Shown: piece by piece, positions 10,001-17,514 of the stretch
How positions within the stretch are numbered: position 1 is the stretch's first letter
How the letters are laid out: each line of letters starts with the position of its first letter
Assembly (NCBI GenBank): GCA_965209055.1
Contig: OZ242374.1
Span: forward strand, 4,032,001 to 4,096,000
DNA length: 64,000 bases
From: Acidobacteriota bacterium
GTDB lineage: Bacteria; Acidobacteriota; UBA6911; RPQK01; JAJDTT01
Direction of reading: 5' to 3'
Program-made: the position numbers and the translations under genes
The notes under the pieces: generated by a model
The model's database searches: none
Told to the model about the DNA's origin: nothing
What the model saw: the letters and a program-made list of their open reading frames with translations, nothing else

Positions 10001-10070
10001 GCAATGGCTGGCGCTGGGCGCCTTCTGCCATACCCTGTTCAACACCGCAGAATTCCTCTACATCGATTGA
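7032..10070 (+). CDS. DUF1549/DUF1553 (PSD1) protein with two planctomycete cytochrome c domains
   Basis: CLSCH, CLLCH, CARCHDHKYDPI; FWSFRPP, NPIDAFL, GEHWGRRWLD, ARVLVNRIW, PSHPELLDWLA. Confidence 0.93.
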   Translation: MSWLQVGNPSRCGEAGSYRPRRRSSGVFSLPALVLAVSISNLLAIQEESAPDFETHIFPLFEAHCLSCHGASQPQGELDLTTHETTLEGGKTGPALVPGSPLESLLLEKLHSGAMPMGAARLSDDQINLVRRWIEDGARRAEAEAEAVAVAASNVVAGPETVTTILNVKCLLCHGRRNQEGGLDLQTRASLLKGGASGSAIVPGKPDESLLIQRIENSDMPPLKDQARLSVRAVTSSELERLRAWIAAGAPYDERKPEPVVATEDALVSDSDRDFWSFRPPVRPPVPEVQHQDRVRNPIDAFLLEKLEAEGYTFSADAPPLTLLRRAYFDVTGLPPTSEAVQAYEGTPEAYGKLVDDLLDSPGYGEHWGRRWLDAAGYSDSEGQVSADAIRPNAWRYRDYVIRSLNADKPYDRFLQEQIAGDELFDYKAAKELTPEQRDRLVATGFMRMGPDGTYSVSQAFVPERLEVVASQVEILSSSVMGITMACARCHDHKYDPIPQRDYYRFSAILRSAFDPYDWLSPSETPVGPEADWNDSNMRVLQGAPVEEVREADETNAPVLREIEEIEQAFEEKANVLREKLLKEKRAAIPDLVREEVIAAEKTPVPERTPVQEYLVERFRDQLQILPEELEKRFPSFQKVAKEKRDAVQAVRKRLKGNPRLRALFDMGGRPTAVHVLGRGQYQNPLEPVAPGIPSVLGVGLEPYRLEKPKWTTDTTGRRLALAKWLTQSRHPLTARVLVNRIWQYYFGSGLVKTVGNFGRTGAPPSHPELLDWLATEFVRSGWSMKALHRMILTSTAYRQSSRRNPGIDGDPDNRLLSYFPMRRLDADAVRDSILKVSGRLDPTPFGPPDSIEEKADGEVVAKESKRGYRRSLYLMQRRSTPVTMLDTFDAPQLRPNCLVRNRSTVSSQALQLMNSETVRTSSRFMAGRVIDHVGRDPEAQVKRVYLAALGRPPSPEELDWSKSTLADMTEEWKRDLDQDRSPEPRQGRAQWLALGAFCHTLFNTAEFLYID

Positions 10071-10081
10071 GGAGCCTGAAG

Positions 10082-11563
10082 ATGGACAACGTGACCGGAA
10101 TGAGAGATGGGACTCCGAACCTGTCAAGCGCAGAGCTGCCGCGGAGAACCTTCTTCTCCCGGGTCGGAGACGGATTGCATGGCACGGCCCTGGCATGGCT
10201 GCTGGGCCGGGACCTGGTGGGCGCCACACCGGCGCCGGACGGAGCCCGGGATCGAATCTACGATTTGCGGCCGCGCCAGCCCCACTTCGAGCCCAAGGCG
10301 ACCTCCGTTATTCAGTTCTTCATGAACGGAGGGCCCAGCCAGGTGGACCTGTTCGATCCCAAACCCGCCTTGGAGCGTTACGCGGGCAAACCGCCGGGAC
10401 GGGATCTGGCCAGCACCATCGAATTCATCAACGAAGCGGGCGGATTCATGCCCTCGCCCTTCAAGTTCAAGCGGCGCGGTCAATCCGGTCTCCAGATGTC
10501 CAACATGATGCCGCATCTGGCCGAGCAGGTGGACGACATCGCCGTGATCCGCTCCATGTTCACCACCCACTTCAACCATGAACCGTCCATCTTCCTGATG
10601 CACAGCGGGCGGCCCTTCTCCAACCGTCCCAGCCTGGGGTCCTGGGTCGTGTACGGACTGGGCAGTGAGAACCAGAACCTGCCGGCCTACGTGGTTCTGG
10701 ACGATCCCAAGGGACTGCCCATCAACCACATCCAGAACTGGCACTCGGGGTGGCTTCCGCCGGTGTACCAGGGAACGCGGGTGCGCGCCAAGGGGACGCC
10801 GATCCTGAACCTGAAGGCGCAGAATGAATATCCCGACCCGGTGAGGGACCTGGCCCGAACACTGCAGGGTCGCCTGGACCGGCGCCATCGGGACCAGCGC
10901 CCGGGAGAGACGGAACTACAAGCGCGAATCACCAACTACGAGTTGGCGGCCCGGATGCAGTTGGCGGCCAGCGACGCCCTGGACCTTACCCAGGAGAGCC
11001 CCAAGACTCGGGAGATGTACGGCATCGGCCAGGAAGAGACCGACTCCTACGGGCGGCGCTGCCTGATGGCGCGGCGCCTGGTGGAACGGGGGGTCCGGCT
11101 GGTCCAGCTCTATATCGAGGGCCAGATCTGGGATACCCACCAGAACCTGGAACAGATGCTCGCGTACGCCTGCGGCAAGACCGACCAACCGGTGGCCGCC
11201 CTGCTGAAGGACCTGAAGCAGCGGGGCCTGCTCGACTCGACGCTTCTGGTCTGGGGCGGGGAATTCGGACGGCTGCCCCTCTCCCAGAGCCGGCAGGGGA
11301 ACCTGGCGGGACGCGACCATGGACCCGCCGGATTCTCCGTCTGGCTGGCCGGAGGCGGAGTCAAGGGCGGCACCGTCCACGGCGCCACCGACGAAATCGG
11401 CTTCCGGGCGGTGGAAAACCGGGTCAGCGTCCACGACCTGCACGCCACCATCCTGCACCAGCTCGGTTTGGACCACCGCCAACTGGTCATGGTCCGCGAA
11501 GGCCGCAGCGAGCGCCTCACCGACGAATTCCCGGCCCGGGTGGTGAAGGAGATCCTGGCGTAG
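10082..11563 (+). CDS. DUF1501 domain protein
   Basis: RRTFF, MNGGPSQVDLFDPKP, ARRLVERGVR, WDTH, GEFGR, GRDH, VHDLHATIL; RBS GAGGAG. Confidence 0.93.
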   Translation: MDNVTGMRDGTPNLSSAELPRRTFFSRVGDGLHGTALAWLLGRDLVGATPAPDGARDRIYDLRPRQPHFEPKATSVIQFFMNGGPSQVDLFDPKPALERYAGKPPGRDLASTIEFINEAGGFMPSPFKFKRRGQSGLQMSNMMPHLAEQVDDIAVIRSMFTTHFNHEPSIFLMHSGRPFSNRPSLGSWVVYGLGSENQNLPAYVVLDDPKGLPINHIQNWHSGWLPPVYQGTRVRAKGTPILNLKAQNEYPDPVRDLARTLQGRLDRRHRDQRPGETELQARITNYELAARMQLAASDALDLTQESPKTREMYGIGQEETDSYGRRCLMARRLVERGVRLVQLYIEGQIWDTHQNLEQMLAYACGKTDQPVAALLKDLKQRGLLDSTLLVWGGEFGRLPLSQSRQGNLAGRDHGPAGFSVWLAGGGVKGGTVHGATDEIGFRAVENRVSVHDLHATILHQLGLDHRQLVMVREGRSERLTDEFPARVVKEILA

Positions 11564-11612
11564 AGTCGCCTGCAGCGACTGCTTCCGCACTCGGCGGAGT
11601 GGCTTGAACTTG

Positions 11613-11645
11613 TCTCCTTACTGTTTTACAGTTCTAGTAAGGAGA
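11613..11645. promoter_or_regulatory. inverted-repeat operator of the AbrB-VapC operon
   Basis: TCTCCTTACT (11613-11622) / AGTAAGGAGA (11636-11645) perfect 10-bp IR overlapping RBS; inner ACTGT-TTT-ACAGT. Confidence 0.6.
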
Positions 11646-11653
11646 TCGGTGCT

Positions 11654-11896
11654 ATGGTCGTCAAGATCACTTCGAAGCGACAAGTTACTTTTCCAAAGCG
11701 GGTGCTGGAGGTCATGGGCGTGGGTCCGGGTGACCAGCTTGAACTGAACGAAGGGCCTGACGGTTTCACGATACGCCCGAGACGCGTCGACTATTCTCGC
11801 CTGGGGACATTACGCAACAGGATCCCGTCGGGACATCCGCCGTTCGATATCGAGAGCTTCAGGAATCAGGCGTATGACCCGGCGTTTCGGGATTGA
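11654..11896 (+). CDS. AbrB/MazE/SpoVT antitoxin
   Basis: KITSKRQVTFPKRV...GVGPGDQL. Confidence 0.9.
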   Translation: MVVKITSKRQVTFPKRVLEVMGVGPGDQLELNEGPDGFTIRPRRVDYSRLGTLRNRIPSGHPPFDIESFRNQAYDPAFRD

Positions 11897-12269
11897 TACC
11901 TCGATCCTGGTCCGTCTCCTTACCGGACATCCGGAATCGGACTTTGAGTATTGCGTGAGCCGGCTGCGCCGTATGCTCAAACAAGGCTGTGAAATCTTCG
12001 CATCGAATCAGGTCATCGGGGAGGCGTATATTGCCGTGCAACACCACTACGGGGTGTCCAAGGCCGAGGCCCGCGCGGCGATGCTTGATGTACTGAGTAG
12101 TGGACTGGTCGGCCCCGAGAACGGTCGATCCGTCGTGGCAGCGCTCGAGGCGTCGGGTGGTCCTGGGCTGTTCGATCGGTTGATCGCAGATGATTACGCT
12201 CGAGCCGGTCTAGAGGTCCTTAGCTTGGACCGTAAGATGACAGGGCTGGACCAGGTCCGTCTACTGTAG
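11874..12269 (+). CDS. vapC: PIN-domain (VapC-like) toxin
   Basis: GIDTSILVRLL, VIGEAY, DRLI, SLDRK; overlaps antitoxin. Confidence 0.88.
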   Translation: MTRRFGIDTSILVRLLTGHPESDFEYCVSRLRRMLKQGCEIFASNQVIGEAYIAVQHHYGVSKAEARAAMLDVLSSGLVGPENGRSVVAALEASGGPGLFDRLIADDYARAGLEVLSLDRKMTGLDQVRLL

Positions 12270-12348
12270 ATGGGAGCCGTGCCTCCCGGACGACAGGAAC
12301 CTGCAAGAGTGAACCCGCTGAGACGTATCCGCAGCCGAATCTTGCCCC

Positions 12349-12573
12349 ATGGTTCCATTAGATCATAGTGAGCGGGTCTATGACGTCGGACCCGTGGTGG
12401 ACGCCCTGGACCGCGCATACCATGGGGACCGGGAGGCTATCGTTGGATTTCTGAACCGGCCACACCCTCTCCTGGATGGTGAGACGCCTTTCGACATGAC
12501 GCGATCCAGTTCGGCCGGTGCGGCAGTAGTATTGAAACTCATCCGTCGCGCCGAGGCCGGATTTGCTCTCTGA
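12349..12573 (+). pseudogene. 5'-truncated Xre/MbcA/ParS antitoxin
   Basis: only C-terminal part present (SERVY...FLNRPHPLLDGETP...SSAGA...AEAG). Confidence 0.7.
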
Positions 12574-12742
12574 TGCATCCGTGAGTGCTGCCGGAAACGA
12601 TGCGGGCGTACCGGATCGGCGACCCTTCGGGACAGTTCTCGGTGTGGAGCACGGATGGCGCCAAGCGACGGCCGGAAGATGGCATGAGGCAGGCGCGAAA
12701 GTCATCTATGCGTCGGAGAACTATTCGACGGCGATGCTGGAA
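12573..12742 (+). pseudogene. RES toxin remnant
   Basis: ATG 12573, in-frame TGA 12582-12584, RAYRIGDP...STDGA, frameshift into GRWHEAGAKVIYASENYSTAMLE, then truncated. Confidence 0.75.
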
Positions 12743-12778
12743 ACGACGGAAGAAACGGGGACAGTCACATTCTCGCGC

Positions 12779-12808
12779 GCTCTATATCGAGGGCCAGATT
12801 TGGGATAC
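12779..12808 (+). repeat. 30-bp direct repeat of DUF1501 gene interior (11107-11136)
   Basis: GCTCTATATCGAGGGCCAGAT(C/T)TGGGATAC, 29/30 identical. Confidence 0.9.
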
Positions 12809-12815
12809 GTGCATC

Positions 12816-13742
12816 TCAAGCCACGGCTTGGAACCGTTCGAACCGCTGGGCGAGGCGGTCTCTATCCGGTCGATCCTGGATCCGTCTCGGCAGGTTAATG
12901 GTTCCGCCATTAAGTCCCTTTAAGGCTTCCAGGACCGGGCCGTCCTTCAGGTCGAGCAGTCGGTCGGAGACATGCAGTTGGTAATCCGGGTCGATGCCGA
13001 TCAGATGTGCATCAAAGGCGGCATGATGGATTTTAGATAGCGGGATGCCGTTCGGAATCACGGGCTGTCCCAGGTGCTCGTCCTTGTCCGAGATGATATG
13101 CGCGGCGTCCAATAGCAGGGGTTCGGACAACCCCGAAAATGCGCATCTGTCGTTATAGGCACTGATAACGGCTTCCCGAAACGATACTTGGTGCAGGCGG
13201 TGTTTGACAGTCCGCAGAGCATACCGTCGTTCCAGAGTAGTTTCCGGTGGTTCCAATGATTCTTGTTCGGGGATTCCGAATGAAACGCTGGCGTTCAATG
13301 CATCGGGGTCCCAACCGGAGATAAATGCCGGCACGATGGCCTGATAGCGGCCGGGAGCTATTCCGAGAAAATAGATTACGGGTATCCGGTTCTCGAATGC
13401 TTCCCGTAGCCAGCGATTGTCCGCAGCCTCAGGATTCCGTCCCATGAAAGCGTAGTCGATGGTCTCGTCTCCTTCGTAGATCTGGCGGTGAACCTGCCGT
13501 TGATCGTCGTACCAGACCCGGCCGCCAGGCTTCGGAAAAACGGTCCTGATTGAAAGCAGGAACCGCATCTGCCTGGGCTTGAAAATTCCCCGTTGCGGAT
13601 TGACCAATGGAATCCGTTTGTTCTCGAAAACCAGACCGGGCTTCAACTCTTTAGCGGTCAGTTGACCGTGGACCTCTTGCAGTCTTCGAACATGTTCGAA
13701 GGCCGCTATGCGAATCGCGATGTCACGGTCACTTTGGGCCAT
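12816..13742 (-). CDS. HNH endonuclease with SRA-like N-terminal domain
   Basis: RLHQVSFREAVISAY..RCAFSG, LDAAHII, NGIPLSKIHHAAFD; N-terminal GIFKP, YAFMG..ADNRWLREA. Confidence 0.85.
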   Translation of the reverse strand: MAQSDRDIAIRIAAFEHVRRLQEVHGQLTAKELKPGLVFENKRIPLVNPQRGIFKPRQMRFLLSIRTVFPKPGGRVWYDDQRQVHRQIYEGDETIDYAFMGRNPEAADNRWLREAFENRIPVIYFLGIAPGRYQAIVPAFISGWDPDALNASVSFGIPEQESLEPPETTLERRYALRTVKHRLHQVSFREAVISAYNDRCAFSGLSEPLLLDAAHIISDKDEHLGQPVIPNGIPLSKIHHAAFDAHLIGIDPDYQLHVSDRLLDLKDGPVLEALKGLNGGTINLPRRIQDRPDRDRLAQRFERFQAVA

Positions 13743-13753
13743 ATTGATCCCGC

Positions 13754-14674
13754 TCAACCTCTGAAACAGTGGTCGTTGTGCCATGCCAAGGCCCGGGAGG
13801 CGGGGCGTAGCTCCGGTTTCTGTGGGACTGCAATCCTTTTTCCATGAAGTGCGTAGTAATCCCTGCCGTTCTCGAACTCTTCCCGAATGCGGCGGCTGAC
13901 TTCGAAGTGGAGATCAGGAGAGACCGTAACGTAACCCCTGTCGAATAGCCGGTGAATGTCACTGCGAAGCAGCAGTCCGTTGGGTGGCTCGTGCTTGCCG
14001 CCGTCGCGATAGGGTCGAATATGGGCGGCATCCAACGCGGGCAAAGTCCGTTCCCGTGTAACTGCACATCGGCGCGCATAAATTTCGGTCACGACCACGC
14101 GAAATGCCCCTTGGCCGAGCCGCGGCTGAATAATCTGGGGGTTGCCGTATCGTGAGCCTGGCTCCGCGATTCCACCTGGCGTTAGTTTGTTCAGCCGTTC
14201 ATTGATGTCGTTCCAAAGCTGGAGGCCCTCACTATCGGCAGTGTTGTAGGTTTTTAGGGCTACGATGTTGGGGGACCAGCTCTTCGGCGCCGGAATCCAA
14301 TCGGATTCGTCGAAAAAGAAGGGTTGGGTCAGAATACGGCAACCGATGTCAAAGTCACTGTGACCATCGGTCACCGTTCTTCGATACTTGGCAATGCGAA
14401 ACCGCATTTGCCGCGCGGAACGCGCCCCGTTAGCTTCCCCAAATGCTTCCCAAGCAAGTGAGCATGGGAGTGTGCTGGCGTACGCGAAAATCCCACCGCC
14501 GACAATTACGTTTCTGGGGGCATGTAACTTGAAGAGGAAGAACTCGCCTTGTTGGAGGGCTCGAAAATTCTTGGGTGAGGGGGACCAGAAATTGACTTCC
14601 GGAAGATCAGGTTTTCGGCGGAGCATCTCGAACCAATCGTCGTCAGTAACAGCGACAACGAGTTTGATGCCCAT
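13754..14674 (-). CDS. HNH endonuclease with PUA/EVE-like N-terminal domain
   Basis: PRLGQGAFRVVV...RCAVT, LDAAHIRPY, NGLLLRSDIHRLFD; N-terminal EVNFWSP, GEFFLFKL. Confidence 0.88.
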   Translation of the reverse strand: MGIKLVVAVTDDDWFEMLRRKPDLPEVNFWSPSPKNFRALQQGEFFLFKLHAPRNVIVGGGIFAYASTLPCSLAWEAFGEANGARSARQMRFRIAKYRRTVTDGHSDFDIGCRILTQPFFFDESDWIPAPKSWSPNIVALKTYNTADSEGLQLWNDINERLNKLTPGGIAEPGSRYGNPQIIQPRLGQGAFRVVVTEIYARRCAVTRERTLPALDAAHIRPYRDGGKHEPPNGLLLRSDIHRLFDRGYVTVSPDLHFEVSRRIREEFENGRDYYALHGKRIAVPQKPELRPASRALAWHNDHCFRG

Positions 14675-14862
14675 TAGAGTCTATCTCTGTCCCATAAGTT
14701 GCACACGAGCAAATCCAGCATAACTTTCTAACAATTTAGTAAATTAACGGATATGGACGCAAGTGTATGTTCGTAATATCCAGTTTCGGGTTATGGTAAT
14801 GTTTGCCTCATATTAGGCCGAGATGTTCATTGTCCGGGATTCGGAAACGTGGATAAAAACAC

Positions 14863-17388
14863 TCACCGGCTGGCGGCAACCAACATCGGATGGTCCAAAG
14901 TATCCCCATTGGCCTGGAATCCGTGTCCGTCAGTATCCACGTAAATTGGATTCGTGAACGCCACCGGGTGCATCTTTGACTCGGGGCTCCGGCCCCAGCC
15001 TTTCTCCAGATTGGAGTTCTCGCCGGTGGCCACCACGATCAGGTGGGTGTCCCGCTCCAGTTCCACCTGGATCTCTTCGTCGAAGTTCACGACTCCATTC
15101 CGAAACATGCCGGGATGAGAATTACGCGTGTAGTTGTACCGTGGGTCCTGGCGGCTGTTGACCAGAACCTGGACCCGGTCGACGTCCAGCCAGTTGGGCG
15201 TCTGGACTCGGACCTTCAGGACCACCGACCCCTCTGAGATCACGCTGGACCCGATGGGCAGCCCATCCCCGGTCTCGACGTGCAGGAAGGGCCCGTTGGT
15301 GATCATCATGCGTCCCGCCTTGGAGTTGGCGATGACCTCCGCCGTATCGATCTTCCCTGGATCGTCGGTCGAACTGGGCACGTAGGTCCTCCAATTTCCC
15401 ACGCCGTTTCCGCCGAAGACCCGGTGGGCGTCGCTCACGGCGACGCACCACATGTGGCGTCCCTGGTTCAGCATCTGGAGCCAGCCGAAGGTCCGGTTCT
15501 CCCGTTGGGCGATCCCGCGCCGGTTCCGCACCGGATATGTGGGGTTCGGGTTCAGGATCTCGGCGCTCCAGACCTCGGCCGCGTCGATGAGTTCTTCGAA
15601 ACCGACGAATCCTCCATCGCCCATGCCGTCTCGGTCCCGGTCATTGAAGACGTAACCCACTGTCGGGTGATTGGCCTGGACCCAGCGGTCGGGTCCGCCG
15701 CCGAAGATATTGCGCAGGACGATGGCGTTGAGGCGGGGGTCATACTGCCAGATCGGCGCACCGCCGTCCTGCGTCAGCGGCGAGTACTTGAGGGGAAACG
15801 AGTTGAAGTGCTGGCCCTGACCCGTGAGCTCGATGCCGGGCACGGTTCGCAGCAAATCGGACAGACCCAGCTCGTCGATGTAAGGCTGCCAGTCGTAGAT
15901 GCGGTTGTGCTCCGTGGTCGGGATGAACTCCAGTTGTTCGGCGGCGAAGTTGATGATCCGGTCGTAGGTGTTGCAGTGGTTGTCGCCGCTGGGGGAGGAG
16001 TGGGAGTGGTAGTCGGTGCTGATCCAGCCGGTGGTGTCCACGGATCGTTCAAGAGTGGCCTCCACCGCCACGGTCTCCCCTGCGGCGACGGCGACCCGGC
16101 GTTCCACCAGGTTGAACTCGGGCCCCCGCGTGATACGGATCAGGTAGTCGCCCGCAGGAACCTGCTGGGTGAAAGCTCCGTCGTGGGAGTGGTACTGGTG
16201 ATCGCAGCCATGGGCCCGATAGTCCGTGCCGAAGTTGGGCGTTTCGGTCCCGTCGACACCCAGAAACTGGACCTTGGCCGGGGACGGATTGCCCCGGGAA
16301 TCCCGGACCCGGAAGCTTATAGCCGAGGCCACCGGCGGGGACAGGTCTAGATTGGCGGTCTTTCCCGCCGATACCTGGAGGTTCAATTCCTGATCGGGCC
16401 GTCCCAGGTCGGTGAAACGGATCGAATGATTCCCTGGAGGAAGCGGGAATGAAAACCGTCCTTCCGCATTGGGATAGAGGGGGAGATCGGTTCCACCGAC
16501 GTTGAACAGCAGAGAGGATCGAATGGCCGGCTTCCCACTCTGGTCCACGGCGCTCCCCGTCACAGTCCCGGTCGGGCTCAGGACGGACGCAACCTGACCG
16601 TAGGCGGCCAGGGGGCTGTCCGCCACCGCCAGTGCAATCCCGAACTTTTTCTTTTCCCCAGGCCCCAACTCGACCTCTGCATCCAAGCTGGACAGCCCCT
16701 CCCTCTTCAGAGGCGCCCAGGCGTAGGATCGCTTGTCGAACGGATCGATGCTGTCGGCGACTCGAATCGCGCCGGCTTCCCACGTTTTTGAGAACTGAGC
16801 GAGGCGCTCGTATGCCGGTGGTGATTTCCAGACCGGTTGCGGCTGAATCTTCCGGGCCTCGCCGGACTGATTGTGAAACGTCGAAAGGATCTCGACATGC
16901 TGCCACTCCGGCGCCAACCGGTAGACGTGGCGCTGGTAGAGTCCGTCCCCGCTGGCCGCCGTGCGGACGGTTTCGATCTCGGCCCGGCCGCTGCTGCCGT
17001 CACTCACGATCCGGACGTAGCTGACGGGACCGGAAAGGTGTCCGGGCCGGAACGAGGTGATCTGGTCGTTGCCGGCGCCGGCCAGATCCAGGTCGAACAG
17101 AGTCCCCGGAATAATTTTGTACCGGTCATGCATCATGTTGGCCCGGCGTTCGGGCAGGTTTCCCCCAATGAGGGCGTGGATGCGATCGTTCCGAAGCACG
17201 AAGTCGCCGATGATGCCGTCCGCTTCCTTGCCGGCCGGCAGAAGATCCGTATTGTGTCGTCCGATCTCGACGGCTTCGGCTCCTCCTTTCTGGGCGACGA
17301 GAATGGCTGCCAACCACACGGCCATGCCGGCAACGAAGAGCAGCGGGATTCGGGGAAGACGCGAAAGTATCGAGGAGTTTGTAGACAT
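14863..17388 (-). CDS. secreted CehA/McbA-family (PHP-like) metallohydrolase
   Basis: signal peptide; DYHSHS, TTEHN, GIE, ANHP, VSDAH, AFTNPIYVD. Confidence 0.82.
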   Translation of the reverse strand: MSTNSSILSRLPRIPLLFVAGMAVWLAAILVAQKGGAEAVEIGRHNTDLLPAGKEADGIIGDFVLRNDRIHALIGGNLPERRANMMHDRYKIIPGTLFDLDLAGAGNDQITSFRPGHLSGPVSYVRIVSDGSSGRAEIETVRTAASGDGLYQRHVYRLAPEWQHVEILSTFHNQSGEARKIQPQPVWKSPPAYERLAQFSKTWEAGAIRVADSIDPFDKRSYAWAPLKREGLSSLDAEVELGPGEKKKFGIALAVADSPLAAYGQVASVLSPTGTVTGSAVDQSGKPAIRSSLLFNVGGTDLPLYPNAEGRFSFPLPPGNHSIRFTDLGRPDQELNLQVSAGKTANLDLSPPVASAISFRVRDSRGNPSPAKVQFLGVDGTETPNFGTDYRAHGCDHQYHSHDGAFTQQVPAGDYLIRITRGPEFNLVERRVAVAAGETVAVEATLERSVDTTGWISTDYHSHSSPSGDNHCNTYDRIINFAAEQLEFIPTTEHNRIYDWQPYIDELGLSDLLRTVPGIELTGQGQHFNSFPLKYSPLTQDGGAPIWQYDPRLNAIVLRNIFGGGPDRWVQANHPTVGYVFNDRDRDGMGDGGFVGFEELIDAAEVWSAEILNPNPTYPVRNRRGIAQRENRTFGWLQMLNQGRHMWCVAVSDAHRVFGGNGVGNWRTYVPSSTDDPGKIDTAEVIANSKAGRMMITNGPFLHVETGDGLPIGSSVISEGSVVLKVRVQTPNWLDVDRVQVLVNSRQDPRYNYTRNSHPGMFRNGVVNFDEEIQVELERDTHLIVVATGENSNLEKGWGRSPESKMHPVAFTNPIYVDTDGHGFQANGDTLDHPMLVAASR

Positions 17389-17514
17389 GACGCCAATTAT
17401 CCGGCGTTTGGCGTCAGAATCAAGTATGGAGAACGTCAAACAGTTGAGAATATTGCAGTTGTGACGATTGGAGAATGGCCGCCCCGGATGTGGTAGCCTG
17501 TGCCGGTTTCAAAT

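Noticed and set aside
7488-10229. 913-aa antisense ORF (likewise 20675-22495, 27821-29803, 46913-49282, 58406-60592)
   Set aside because: Shadow ORFs opposite well-supported genes, expected in high-GC DNA; no recognisable motifs
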